A stretch of 63,994 nucleotides of DNA, counting the filler, from Atractiella rhizophila (Eukaryota): NCBI GenBank assembly GCA_021432655.1. It is 3 parts of 3 records of this genome, joined end to end, with 100 filler letters (N's around TTAATTAATTAA, not from the genome) between each part and the next. Parts side by side here need not be neighbours in the genome. Positions count along the whole stretch, not along the records: positions 1 to 31,011 come from MU271704.1; positions 31,112 to 62,114 come from MU271705.1; 1 more part is not named here. The stretch is one strand, 5' to 3'. Positions 26,247 to 39,031 of the stretch are shown piece after piece. The position numbers and the translations under genes were made by a program. Below the pieces are notes generated by a model that was not told where the DNA came from, made no database searches, and saw only the letters and a list, made by a program, of their open reading frames with translations. Numbering within the stretch: the first letter of the stretch is position 1; every line of letters starts with the position of its first letter.

Positions 26247-29200
26247 CTACGACATTGAACCTGCAGACTGAGGTACATTCTTCTTGAACACACTCTGGAC
26301 TTCCTCAACTCCAAAATCGAATGCTACCTTATCATCAGGGAAGCACCTGACGATCAAAGCGGCCCACTCCTTAATCAACCTTGTCATTTCTTCCTCACAA
26401 GCTTTCCAAACCGTCCGAACAGCTTCTGAATTTTCAGCTGAAGGATTGCTAATGTCCCCAAAATGCTTGTCGATCCGCTTCGAGAGAGCTTCCATCCCTT
26501 TCTTCAAGTCTTTGTAGTCGAAGGAGGAGATAGTCTTTTTGAGTGATGATTTGGTATATGCGCCATGTAACGAGACTTCGTTTGCTGGTGTGGTCCGAAG
26601 TAGTTGCTCCATCCCAGAGAAGAAGTCGAGAAGACGAGAGAGGGGACGGCGAAGGACAACCTTGATGTACAGGTTGAGATTCTGGTCATACAAATCGCGA
26701 GCACGATCAAGAGAAGGTTTGAGGGGAGCAATCTTCTTTGGACCAATCGTCGTGAGAAAGTGATGCATGTTTTCTGGCGGTGGAGTTCAGCCAGGATGAG
26801 AGGGGATATAGACAAAACGCACCGATGAGGATGACATGGTAGTTCAGTTGATCTTTGCTATCCTCTCCAGCTCCAGCATCCCCATCCATCTTGGCCATCT
26901 GCTGCAAACTCTCCAGCATCGATGAGACGATTCTGTCGTAAACATCATTGACAAGTTTGCGCGTCGGAAGCCTATCATCCGATGGGAGGACTTGGGATTC
27001 TATGCGGTCCACAAAGCGCTAACATCAACTAGCATAAGCACCTGGATACGACCCAGTTCAAAACGAAAGACGCACAGGGAACACGCGCATAAAGGGAACA
27101 ACTCCTTTCCGCTTCTTGAGAGTAAGCTTCGTCTGTTCGATAGCTTTAATCTGCTCTTTGCAGATTTTCTCCAACAATCCGCTGGCTTTCTGATGTTGTT
27201 TCTGCATCACTCGAGCAAGGAAGTCATTCCTCCGTGATTCCGCACGCGCGGCTGCTCGATCCAAGACGGCGAGAATACCGACGATTTGGCTATCCCCAGC
27301 AATCAGCAACCGAAGCGACAAATCAGATAGACCATACAATCCGTCTTTAGCGATTTCGGAGTCGATCCAAGTAGTGAATTCGGTGACCATGAACCCAAAT
27401 ATCATGTCAAGCGACTGTCGAATATCCTTAAACCGAGCCTGCTGTCCTGTCATAGCAGCAGCGGCTCCTTGCTTAAAGTACGATTCGAGGTCCATGTAGT
27501 CGGCAAAGGTCATCAACGGGTCCAGAGGGGAGGAAAAGGTGTGCAAGAAATCGGCTATGAAGGCTTGCTCTGTCTCTATTTGTTTCACAATCACTTCGAC
27601 TAGCTTGCTGAAGGTCTGGATATCATAAACTGTGAGCATCAGCTAAAGAGCGGGTGGCGCATTCTGACCTGATGAGCTGGCATTCCGCCTTTGTTAACAT
27701 CGCCAATCTTCGTCTTCCTCCCAGCTGCAGATTTATTAAGCACAGTTGGTGCATTGACAGATTGATAAGTGAAGCCTGCGTGACCCAACTGAACGCAGTT
27801 CTGCTAGAAGAAAGAGTTGCCTACTAGCTTCTTGCTCATCCTCAGTTGGTTTGCGCGATAGCTTTCTGTAAGCAGCAAAGAGCTCCGTCATCTCTTTCCG
27901 ATGGAGATCACTTGCAGCGGTATAATAAGCCTGTGCAAGGATGTTAGCACACTACCCTGCGAGTCGAGAAAGGCAGCTTACAGAACATATCTGTTGAAAG
28001 CGTTGATAATCTACCTCCTTCACGAAAAGCATAAGCCCACAATAGCGACCCAGGTACTCTTCCAACTTGGCGTGAGTCGGCAAGGAAGGCTTGTTCTTGT
28101 CTATTGCCCGCGACGAATCTTTCTCCATCAGGTCGATCTACAGGATGGATCAGAAAGGCAGCTGAAGGTAGTGAACTCGGACCTGGAACTTAAACATCAC
28201 CGCCAGGAACTCGAGTACCCTCACACAGAATTGTGAAGCCCTTTCACGGTATTCAGCAAGGCGTTCATTGGCAACAACCATGTCGCCGACACCTAATAAT
28301 CCATCAATTATCGGAAGGCCAAGATGGCGGGAAACTCACCCATGTCTCTCGTCGACAACAAAGCTTTGTACAGCGTCGCTGCTGAAGTTTCCAACCTTTG
28401 GATGCTCTGTGTACTCTCCATAGGTTCCTTCTTCAAGATGGTTAGGTCTTCGGCTGGTATATTCACAGTTGACTACAGCGCTCATAAGCAAAGGTTCACA
28501 CTTCACACGCAAAGGGGTTGACGTACCAGAAGGCGATCAAGTTCAGCGACAAGAGCTCGCTGGTTGGAAGTCTGGACTTGCAAACCGCGATTTTGACCTT
28601 CAATGTGATTGATATCGTCTGACATTGTCTGTTCATTTGCTTTCAGCAGGTACTCAATGTGCATCTCAGAGGAACGCACCAAAAGCTGAGTCTTATACAA
28701 AGAAATCATCTGGTCCATTCTGTCAAGTTCCGCGATAGCTTCATCGAGGTCCTTGACCACCGCCGCCACCCGTTCGTCGCTCTCAATGATCGCAAAGATA
28801 CTTGCCTGAAGAGTTCATCAGGACAATCATCATGTCGTTCTAACAGGAAGTACAAACCTCCTCCAGAGCTTTTAGTTCTCTAAGAAGCCGTCGTTCAATC
28901 TGGTCGCTCGATCCGGCACCTCCTTTCCCCTTGCTACTACCAGCATTCCTCCACTCAAACCCTTCCAGCATCTCCTCGACATTTGCAAGAATATTCTCCT
29001 CATCTATCTCAACATCCTCATCTTTATCCTTCTTTTCTTCCACTACCCGCAACTCAGGTTTCTCTATCCCACCAGCGACTTTCTTCTTCCCAACCGCTTC
29101 TGGCTCGTCCCTCCCTCCCATCTGCTTCTTCGGTGCGATAGTTCTAATGCCTGCCGTGATTGATTGTGATGGGACAGCGGGTTGCACAGCAGCAGGGGGA

Positions 29201-31011
29201 ATGCTCGGTTCCGACTTCTTTGAAGGGCCCTCATCGAATGAAGACTGTCCCGTTCTGCGCTCTTTCCCATTAGCCTTAGGCGAACCGTTCACGTTCGAGA
29301 AGGATGGGCGGGGCGGAGGCGTGCCTCGACGCTCCCGATCGCGCTCGTCACTTTCTCGCCTGCCCGCTACTCCATTGGGGGGCAATGATCTCTTAGGGGA
29401 CGACTCGCCGCGGGGTCCATTAGGTGAGGGAGAAGCAACACCATTGTTCCTGAGGCTACTGCCTCCTACCGACGTGTTCAGCGGAGGCGGTCTACCCATA
29501 TCGCTCGGAGTCCTCCGCCCAGTCACAGACCCTAACTCGCTGGGCCGTCGATCACTAACATCTGTACCAGCTGTTCCAGGACGATCGAACTGAGCAGGAA
29601 TCGATGGTGGCAGACCGACATCCGTACGAATCGAAGGGCGTCCTCCGCTCCCGGTGCTGGTAACGCTTCCCGAACGACCACGGCGGACATCGTTCAGGCG
29701 TGGCGTTGGAGCGTTTGAAGGTGGCGCTCCGGAGACTCTCAGTGGTGGAATTTGAGGAGGTCCGCCAGATGAGGATGGGGCGGGAGATCGGAGAGAGGAA
29801 ACGGAGGATGGTGGGAGCGAAGAAGTCGACAGGGTTGGAGGACCGTCAAGACGAGGATCTCGTGGTAGCGATGGCCGCATCGGAGAAGGAGATGGCATAG
29901 GAGAAGAAGGTCCGTTAGGTGCGCCGGGACGTAGGGATGAAGGAGGCGCAGATGGGCCACCGATGCTTGGAGGTAGGGGCGAGCGAGGTGGTGCTGGTGA
30001 TCTTGGAGGGCCTGGGGAAGGGAAACGAGGGATTTCGTAGACTGGAGCGCCTGCAGGTAGTGTACCTTAGCACAACCTTCCAGAGGACTATAGGTTACAG
30101 GAGAGTAAAGATTTTCATAGGCATCTGTCAACAAGAGACTAATTGAATCTCTGCTTCACGCAATTGAGAGATCATTCCAATATGAAGCAATCAGCTCAAA
30201 CGAAATCCGAACTCAACCGGAATATGTTAAGGAATTACTCTGCGCGCCTCGTATTCACTAGGACAAAGAAGAACAGATGCTCAGAGCAAGGAGTACAGTT
30301 TGTGCTACATCGATAAACTTTCTTGAGAGTTAGTTCATCAGGAAAGGAGCAGCAAGGAGTGAGATGACTACGAGAGGTAGAAGAAGAGCTAAAACGAATT
30401 AGGCTGGCTGACGTTATGACTTCTCTTAATCAAGAAAGTGGAACACGAGAGTCGCTTCGTTCTAGCTCCACAGCAACAGCAGGCACAATGACATTAGCTG
30501 CGTCAATCACCTCTAACACGATAATGGACAATGTATCTGCCACATGTTATGATTGCAGGGCGGCTAGGGAGATGACGATGCCTCAGAGGAATTGCAGGGG
30601 CGATTGCTCCTTGTGATATGTGACCTGCTCTAGACTGTGTCTGTCATATCACAACATACATCACTGGGAATAAACTAAACTAAATAATCAAGGAAATTAG
30701 AAGATGAGCTGCACGCATGCATCCCCGCTAAATGAAGGAAGGAAGATTGGACAGTCATCTGCTTGCTCATCTCCAAGCTCGCTTTCATCTTTTATGAACA
30801 AAGACAACTATCCACTGTTGATTACGAACTTGCGCATGAACTACTTCATCCAATCCATGGCAATAATACAATCATAACCATGAATAGAATCGCACCAATC
30901 ACAGCAACACCCCGAAACAGCAGAATCAGAAACACTCACCTCCCTTTCCCTCATCCACCCTGAATCCCTTCGTCTTCACCGTCGCCGCCTTTCCCATCAT
31001 CTGTCTCTGAG
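26247..31011 (-). CDS. SEC3: Exocyst subunit Sec3; 5' part lost in the gap
   Basis: NVEEMLEGFEW, IERRLLRELKALE, MSDDINHIEGQNRGLQVQTSNQRALVAEL, QLNYHVILI|ENMHHF. An upstream exon at 30940-31011 joins in phase across an inferred 889-nt intron. Confidence 0.9.
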
Positions 31012-31111
31012 NNNNNNNNNNNNNNNNNNNNNNNNNNNNNNNNNNNNNNNNNNNNTTAATTAATTAANNNNNNNNNNNNNNNNNNNNNNNNNNNNNNNNN
31101 NNNNNNNNNNN
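31012..31111. other. Artificial assembly linker (N-run + TTAATTAATTAA + N-run, 100 bp)
   Basis: Six-frame-stop palindrome embedded in Ns; an identical structure occurs at 62115-62214. Confidence 0.97.
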
Positions 31112-32251
31112 GCAGAGAGACTGACCTGCTTGCCCTTTGTGGAGTTTCGATGAGAGTGGAGGGACAAGGCGAGTAGCTTGTGCGAGTAGCTAGAGTTGTA
31201 TTTAGTCAGCCTGAGCACGCTACTGAGATCTAAAGTATGCATCACGGAACATGCAGACAGGCGAAAAATGAGGGAGTGAGAAACCACGAGAAAGGTAGGA
31301 AACAGGTGCAGATATATATCGGGACGAAGGGGGACGGACTTGTTTGTTTGATGACATTTTGCAACGCTGTAACTTTAAGAACACTTGGATTATTTGCTAA
31401 TGAATCGCTGAGCAGGGCTATGCTGGACGTATCTGGATGGATGAGAGGGACATCTTCATCTTACGTCAAGCAGGAAAGACTTCTTGTCAACTTTCCTCAT
31501 CAACGGCATCAACTCAATAAATCTTCCCTTGCGTACAAATTTACAGTAGATCAGGTAATTGAAAGGACTGGGAAGTGTCGCAGGAAGTGTCAGTCCTGAG
31601 ATCTCTAGGCCGTCACAGGAGTGAGTCGGTTTAACTTCCTCGCCATTTTGCCTCCAGGCGATTTCTTCATATTCCAATACCTGTGATTTTGGATGTCCAC
31701 TCCGCTCCTTTAATTCTATAAGTACTGCTCGCTTTACTCTTTTTAGAGACGAACATAGGCAGCTTTTGTGTCCTGTTTTGTGCCTGCGATTCTGTGCCTC
31801 GTCAAAAGTCACGTGATCTATCGCCTGTATAGACTTTGTTTGAGGAGAGCTTGACTCCGTCTTATTAATATTTTTGTCACCTGGAGTCTGTAGGGATGTT
31901 GTGATGGGTGGATCGCTTCGTTTTATGTCACTTCTTTGATTGTACGAGCGCATCTACCTCTTCATAACTTGTCCGACTTGAACTTGAGATGGACACCGTG
32001 TAAAGCTTTGAATAACCAACCCAAATTTGCCACAAAGGATTGAGGTTGAATTTTGAATTCGGATCTCAAAAGAACTATGACAATGTACTGTTGCATTGCG
32101 TATAGGTGCTCCATTCAAAGCATGGCAAGGATACTGCGTCGAAAATGAAACTCTGGGTTCTGCTTGTGACTGCATCATGCACAAATTGTGGTTGATAGGA
32201 TTAAAATTGCTAATAAAACTCATTAGCAGGAACAACAGTAGTCGATATCCT

Positions 32252-33201
32252 ATGGATAAATTACCTGCCGAAGTAAACTTCATTTTGTTTCCTTTTTCCT
32301 AACATGAACTCGAATGCCAGCTTGTATACCTAATACACCTCTATTCTCTGTCTGCTTCTCTCCCTTACGTCTCAAAGTACCTTCGAACACTATTCACGAT
32401 CCCTCGCCTCACGAAAACACACCAATGCCTATTCCTCATCTACTCCCATCCCCATCCTGCCTCCCTCCTCTACCATGCCGTCAAATATCCCATGCTCACC
32501 CTCGAACTCATTCATCACCTCGAGCACACCTACTCTCGTCGCTGGGATTCTTTACGCACCCATCTCCCCGAACTTCGATCGTACAAGACAAATCCAGCCC
32601 CTCCAAAGCTGGAATGCGGTCGACTCCCCAAACGTCTCTTCTCCTCTTCTTCTGGTTGCCTCGACTTTCCCCTCGTGCGATATCTCCTCGAAGAGAAAGG
32701 CGCAAACCCAAACTCCCATGGAGGACATGCGCTCCATCAATGCATTTTGGGACGTGATATGGAAGGTATTCAAATGATGATCGACAGTGGTGCGGACCCA
32801 GGATTGAAAGGAGGCAGAAGCGTGGTTCTTGCTCTTGGCCGGGGATTAGGCGTGGATGTCGTACGATTTTTGGTTGAGGGATCCTCCTCCTCGCCTCCTG
32901 TAGAGGGTGAGGACGGTGATGAGGACGTGGAAGAGAGGGTGGAAGGAAAGAAGAAAAGGCGGAAGAGCGCGGAAGGGGGAAGGAAGAGAAAGAGAAGGAG
33001 AGTTGAGGACAGGGTGAAAGTCGATAGTGGAATGATGGATGTTGCGATTAAGGTCGGAGATTGGGACGTCGTCAAGCATTTCCAGGAAAAAGGTTAGGGT
33101 GTTGTTCTCTTCCTTCGTTCACATATCGAGATATGTGCTAACAGTATCGATTAGGGATTGCGCCATCTTTGGAAGCAGTGAAACGACTTCAAATCACTTA
33201 A
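32252..33201 (+). CDS. F-box-like N-terminus + ankyrin-like repeat protein (copy 1)
   Basis: MDKLPAE|LVYLIHLYSLSASLP..., LVRYLLEEKGANPN, MMIDSGADP, MMDVAIKVGDWDVVKHF; two canonical introns. Confidence 0.75.
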
Positions 33202-33554
33202 GTGTGGCAACCATGTACTTAGTAAGCCGCGATTATTCTACAATTCCTGTTCCAGGTCGACATTGCTCAGTTCCAGTCGGCTAACTAACCTATTGCCTTC
33301 GACAATCATCGAAGCTTGTAGAGGTTTATGTTCCATATAGATAGATTCTGTCGTCCAATGACAGTCTAAACATTATCGTGATTCTGCTTGCAAATGGGGA
33401 ATCGGAAAAAGACATTCCATATGCACCAAGGCATCGTGATGGACAATGTACCGTGTCTTAAGTCATTGATAGCACCAGTTATAGATGATGAATCGACAAT
33501 GACCATTTCACGTCAAGTTCCTACTTCATTCAATTCCATTTCAGACACGAAGGC

Positions 33555-34068
33555 TTAGTATTCGACTTCTCCCTCTTCCTCCGCGTTCTCCATCGCGACT
33601 TCTTCATAATCTACGGGAGCAATCAGCATGATGTTAAAAACAAAGCGACGGATTGACCTTTCTCCAGAGCAGCCAAGTCTTCCCTAGCCTCAGAAAACTC
33701 TCCTTCCTCCATTCCCTCACCCACATACCAATGGACAAAAGCCCTCTTGGAGTAGAGCAGGTCGAACTTGTTATCCAACCTGCTCCAAGCAGCGGCGATT
33801 GCGGTCGTATTGGACAACATGCAGAGCGACCTGCTGACAGGAGCAAGATCTCCATCGGGAACGACGGCAGGCTTCTCAGAGCAGATACCCAACTATCACT
33901 GTCATCAGCCTAACGTTCTACGCTTTGCTAAAACGGGAAACTGACCTTGAATCCAGTAGGGCACCAATCGACAAACTGGATAGTCCTCTTGGTCCTAATG
34001 GAAGCGACAGCGCTGTTCGCGTCCTTTGGAACTACATCTCCCCTGAAGAGGAGAGCACAAGCCATATA
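33555..34068 (-). CDS. TUB1: Alpha-tubulin 3' fragment (within the duplicate, no 5' part)
   Basis: [16 protein letters not shown]...[11 protein letters not shown]...[30 protein letters not shown]...EY*; fused at 34068 to unrelated sequence. Confidence 0.9.
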
Positions 34069-34927
34069 AGACGGACCAAGGCTTCACACAACCTGCCGAA
34101 CTCAGCCACATTTGGGGTCAATATTGCCCTTTTGTATCCCTTGACGACTTCTGGTTCCTTGCCAACAAGCCACAGGGAATCAGCATCGAGTACGACGAAG
34201 GCATTGTTCTCCCGACAGAGGGCTAGGGCGACCTTAGCAGACAGTTGCATGTACGGATCCCTCCCCAGCCCCGGTCCAACCACGAGGACGTGAAGACGCG
34301 GCAGGAGGTTGGTTAGATGGTCTTTGATATTGGCTTCTGAGGACGAAGGCTCAAGAACTGGGTGGACGATCAGGTCCGGTGAGAAGGTCTTGATCACCGC
34401 TCCTGCTGAGGGATCGCATATTACGTGACCCAAATCTGCACCCTGTATTCACATCTTTCATCAGCGAGAGAGGAATGTAACTTTTAGCAAAAAAAAACTG
34501 TACGGACCAGTTTCATTGCTGAATAGCAGGCATAGTACGGTGCGCCGGTGTAGCTTGAAATACTCGTTAAGCCATTTTCGATCATGAGAAAGAGTCGATT
34601 TACTCTTTTGACCCTCCTAATATTCCCACCCTTCCTGGTTGTCGCATCGGATAGAAGATTTAAATATGTGCAGTGAATAGAGCAGAGAGACTGACCTGCT
34701 TGCCCTTTGTGGAGTTTCGATGAGAGTGGAGGGACAAGGCGAGTAGCTTGTGCGAGTAGCTAGAGTTGTATTTAGTCAGCCTGAGCACGCTACTGAGATC
34801 TAAAGTATGCATCACGGAACATGCAGACAGGCGAAAAATGAGGGAGTGAGAAACCACGAGAAAGGTAGGAAACAGGTGCAGATATATATCGGGACGAAGG
34901 GGGACGGACTTGTTTGTTTGATGACAT
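34069..34927 (-). CDS. ATP-dependent NAD(P)HX dehydratase (YjeF-C/CARKD), 3'-truncated
   Basis: [46 protein letters not shown]...|GADLGHVIC...SPDLIVHP...VVGPGLGRD...VLDADSLW...[12 protein letters not shown]. Confidence 0.92.
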
Positions 34928-35817
34928 TTTGCAACGCTGTAACTTTAAGAACACTTGGATTATTTGCTAATGAATCGCTGAGCAGGGCTATGCTGGACGT
35001 ATCTGGATGGATGAGAGGGACATCTTCATCTTACGTCAAGCAGGAAAGACTTCTTGTCAACTTTCCTCATCAACGGCATCAACTCAATAAATCTTCCCTT
35101 GCGTACAAATTTACAGTAGATCAGGTAATTGAAAGGACTGGGAAGTATCGCAGGAAGTGTTAGTGTACCTGAGATCTCTAGGCCGTCACAGGAGTAAGTC
35201 GGTTTGACTTCCTCGCCATTTTGCCTCCAGGCGATTTCTTCATATTCCAATACCTGTGATTTTGGATGTCCACTCCGCTCCTTTAATTCTATAAGTACTG
35301 CTCGCTTTACTCTTTTCGCACATAGGCAACTTTTGTGTCCTGTTTGTGCCTGCGATTCTGTGCCTCGTCAAAAGTCACGTGATCTATCGCCTGTATAGAC
35401 TTTGTTTGAGGAGAGCTTGACTCCGTCTTATTAATATTTTTGTCACCTGGAGTCTGTAGGGATGTTGTGATGGGTGGATCGCTTCGTTTTATGTCACTTC
35501 TTTGATTGTACGAGCGCATCTACCTCTTCATAACTTGTCCGACTTGAACTTGAGATGGACACCGTGTAAAGCTTTGAATAACCAACCCAAATTTGCCACA
35601 AAGGATTGAGGTTGAATTTTGAATTCGGATCTCAAAAGAACTATGACAATGTACTGTTGCATTGCGTATAGGTGCTCCATTCAAAGCATGGCAAGGATAC
35701 TGCGTCGAAAATGAAACTCTGGGTTCTGCTTGTGACTGCATCATGCACAAATTGTGGTTGATAGGATTAAAATTGCTAATAAAACTCATTAGCAGGAACA
35801 ACAGTAGTCGATATCCT

Positions 35818-36767
35818 ATGGATAAATTACCTGCCGAAGTAAACTTCATTTTGTTTCCTTTTTCCTAACATGAACTCGAATGCCAGCTTGTATACCTAAT
35901 ACACCTCTATTCTCTGTCTGCTTCTCTCCCTTACGTCTCAAAGTACTTTCGAACACTATTCACGATCCCTCGCCTCACGAAAACACACCAATGCCTATTC
36001 CTCATCTACTCCCATCCCCATCCTGCCTCCCTCCTCTACCATGCCGTCAAATATCCCATGCTCACCCTCGAACTCATTCATCACCTCGAGCACACCTACT
36101 CTCGTCGCTGGGATTCTTTACGCACCCATCTCCCCGAACTTCGATCGTACAAGACAAATCCAGCCCCTCCAAAGCTGGAATGCGGTCGACTCCCCAAACG
36201 TCTCTTCTCCTCTTCTTCTGGTTGCCTCGACTTTCCCCTCGTGCGATATCTCCTCGAAGAGAAAGGCGCAAACCCAAACTCCCATGGAGGACATGCGCTC
36301 CATCAATGCATTTTGGGACGTGATATGGAAGGTATTCAAATGATGATCGACAGTGGTGCGGACCCAGGATTGAAAGGAGGCAGAAGCGTGGTTCTTGCTC
36401 TTGGCCGGGGATTAGGCGTGGATGTCGTACGATTTTTGGTTGAGGGATCCTCCTCCTCGCCTCCTGTAGAGGGTGAGGACGGTGATGAGGACGTGGAAGA
36501 GAGGGTGGAAGGAAAGAAGAAAAGGCGGAAGAGCGCGGAAGGGGGAAGGAAGAGAAAGAGAAGGAGAGTTGAGGACAGGGTGAAAGTCGATAGTGGAATG
36601 ATGGATGTTGCGATTAAGGTCGGAGATTGGGACGTCGTCAAGCATTTCCAGGAAAAAGGTTAGGGTGTTGTTCTCTTCCTTCGTTCACATATCGAGATAT
36701 GTGCTAACAGTATCGATTAGGGATTGCGCCATCTTTGGAAGCAGTGAAACGACTTCAAATCACTTAA
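35818..36767 (+). CDS. F-box-like N-terminus + ankyrin-like repeat protein (copy 2)
   Basis: Same model as 32252-33201. Confidence 0.75.
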
Positions 36768-37120
36768 GTGTGGCAACCATGTACTTAGTAAGCCGCGATT
36801 ATTCTACAATTCCTGTTCCAGGTCGACATTGCTCAGTTCCAGTCGGCTAACTAACCTATTGCCTTCGACAATCATCGAAGCTTGTAGAGGTTTATGTTCC
36901 ATATAGATAGATTCTGTCGTCCAATGACAGTCTAAACATTATCGTGATTCTGCTTGCAAATGGGGAATCGGAAAAAGACATTCCATATGCACCAAGGCAT
37001 CGTGATGGACAATGTACCGTGTCTTAAGTCATTGATAGCACCAGTTATAGATGATGAATCGACAATGACCATTTCACGTCAAGTTCCTACTTCATTCAAT
37101 TCCATTTCAGACACGAAGGC

Positions 37121-39031
37121 TTAGTATTCGACTTCTCCCTCTTCCTCCGCGTTCTCCATCGCGACTTCTTCATAATCTACGGGAGCAATCAGCATGATGT
37201 TAAAAACAAAGCGACGGATTGACCTTTCTCCAGAGCAGCCAAGTCTTCCCTAGCCTCAGAAAACTCTCCTTCCTCCATTCCCTCACCCACATACCAATGG
37301 ACGAAAGCCCTCTTAGAGTAGAGCAGGTCGAACTTGTTATCCAACCTACTCCAAGCAGCAGCGATCGCAGTAGTATTGGACAACATGCACAGCGACCTGC
37401 TGACAGGAGCAAGATCTCCATCGGGAACGACGGCAGGCTTCTCAGAGCAGATACCCAACTATCACTATCATCAGCCTAACATTCCACGCTTTGCTAAAAC
37501 GGGAAACTGACCTTGAATCCAGTAGGGCACCAATCGACAAACTGGATAGTCCTCTTGGTCCTAATGGAAGCGACAGCGCTGTTCGCGTCCTTTGGAACTA
37601 CATCTCCCCTGAAGAGGAGAGCACAAGCCATATATTTGCCTTGCCTTGGGTCGCACTTCACCATCTGGTTGTTGGGCTCGAAACAGGCGTAGGTCATCTC
37701 AGCGACGCTGTTCTGCTCATGTTGAGCCTTGTCGCGGCTGATGATCGGGGCGTAGGTGACCAGAGGGAAGTGAATGCGAGGGAAGGGAACCAAGTTGGTT
37801 TGGAATTCGTTGAGGTCGACGTTGAGAGCACCCTCGAATCGAAGCGATGCGGTGATGCTGGAGACAACCTGTTGTAGATGTTTCTAGTAAGCAGAGTTCC
37901 CTTCCAGTGGTAGGATGTAGGCACACCTGAGCGATGAGTCTGTTCAAGTTGACATATCCGGGGCTAGCGATGGCCAAATTTTTCCTGCAGATGTCGTAAA
38001 TGGCCTCGTTGTCGACCATGAAAGAGCAATCGACATGTTCGAGAGTCGTGTGGGTGGTCAATACAGAGTTGTAAGGCTCCACAACGGAGTTCGACATTTT
38101 CGGCGCGGGGTAGATGCTATTGACATGAGTCGGCTGGGAGTAATTGCCTCCATCGAAAGAATAACGCACGCAAATTCAAGCTTGCTTTTCTTACCATAGT
38201 CTGCGGATAACCTCTCCAACAGGAGAGCACCAAACCCAGATCCTGTTCCTCCACCGAAGGAGTGGAACACAAAGAAGCCCTTTTGATTATCGAAAATCAA
38301 CTAAACCAGACGTGTGTGTAGCAAAAGCCTTACCTGGAGACCACTGCAGGCATCAGCCAACCTCCTGAGTCTGTCGAGGACAGTATCAATGAGTTCCTTT
38401 CCGACGGTGTAGTGACCACGGGCGTAGTTGTTAGCAGCATCCTCCTTTCCGGTCACGAGGGTCTCGGGATGGAAGAGGGACCTGTATGGTCCAGTCCTGA
38501 CTTCATCGCTGGTCACATCGGCATGGAATCAGCAACATCATAAATGAGGCAGGTCACAAAACTCACACGACATTGGGTTCCAGATCGACGTAAACGCTCC
38601 TCGGCACAAATTTTCCAGCTCCCGTCTCAGAGAAGAATGTGGAGAATCCATCCGTGGAGGCAGACGCGTCCTTCAGCCTTCCGTCAGGGGAGAGACCGTG
38701 CTCGAGGGTGTACAGTTCCCAGCCTGAAGATGGCGAGGACCTTCAGAAATCGTGTCTGAAAGAAAAAAAAAAAAACACAGACAGGAACAACCAAGCAACC
38801 AACCGGCCCAACCAACAAAAAAAGGAATGAATAAGTACCGATCAGCCAGCCAGCCAAACCAACCACGAACGAACAATCCAACCCAAGGCACGTCAGTCAG
38901 TCAGACAAACCAAAAAAAACATTGAAACCATAGGATTCAGCAAGATCCTGGCCTTTTATGACCAATGAACACGTCTCGCTTCGGTGAAGGTTTTTGAAAA
39001 TTGTGAGAACTCACGAAATAACTTCTCTCAT
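37121..39031 (-). CDS. TUB1: Alpha-tubulin; exons 2-3 corrupted at ~38760-38920
   Basis: MREVIS start at 39031, [45 protein letters not shown]-terminal EEEGEVEY*. Confidence 0.95.

Larger units (their letters stand above)
31112..34068 (+). repeat. ~2.95 kb near-identical direct duplicate of 34682-37634
   Basis: Identical or near-identical ORF translations at an offset of ~3566; scattered SNPs and small indels. Confidence 0.97.

Noticed and set aside
30226..30234. U12-type branch consensus TTCCTTAAC on the minus strand (and GTATCCTC near 3082)
   Set aside because: No matching RTATCCTT donor/branch pair within one intron, and all the modelled introns are U2-type.
31056..31067. Palindrome TTAATTAATTAA as a biological site
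   Set aside because: Embedded in Ns and repeated at the second gap; a synthetic six-frame stop linker.
34750..34909. snoRNA in the ~160-nt first intron of the dehydratase
   Set aside because: Box C is imperfect (GTGATGC), the CTGA is the branch-point sequence, and I recognised no guide.
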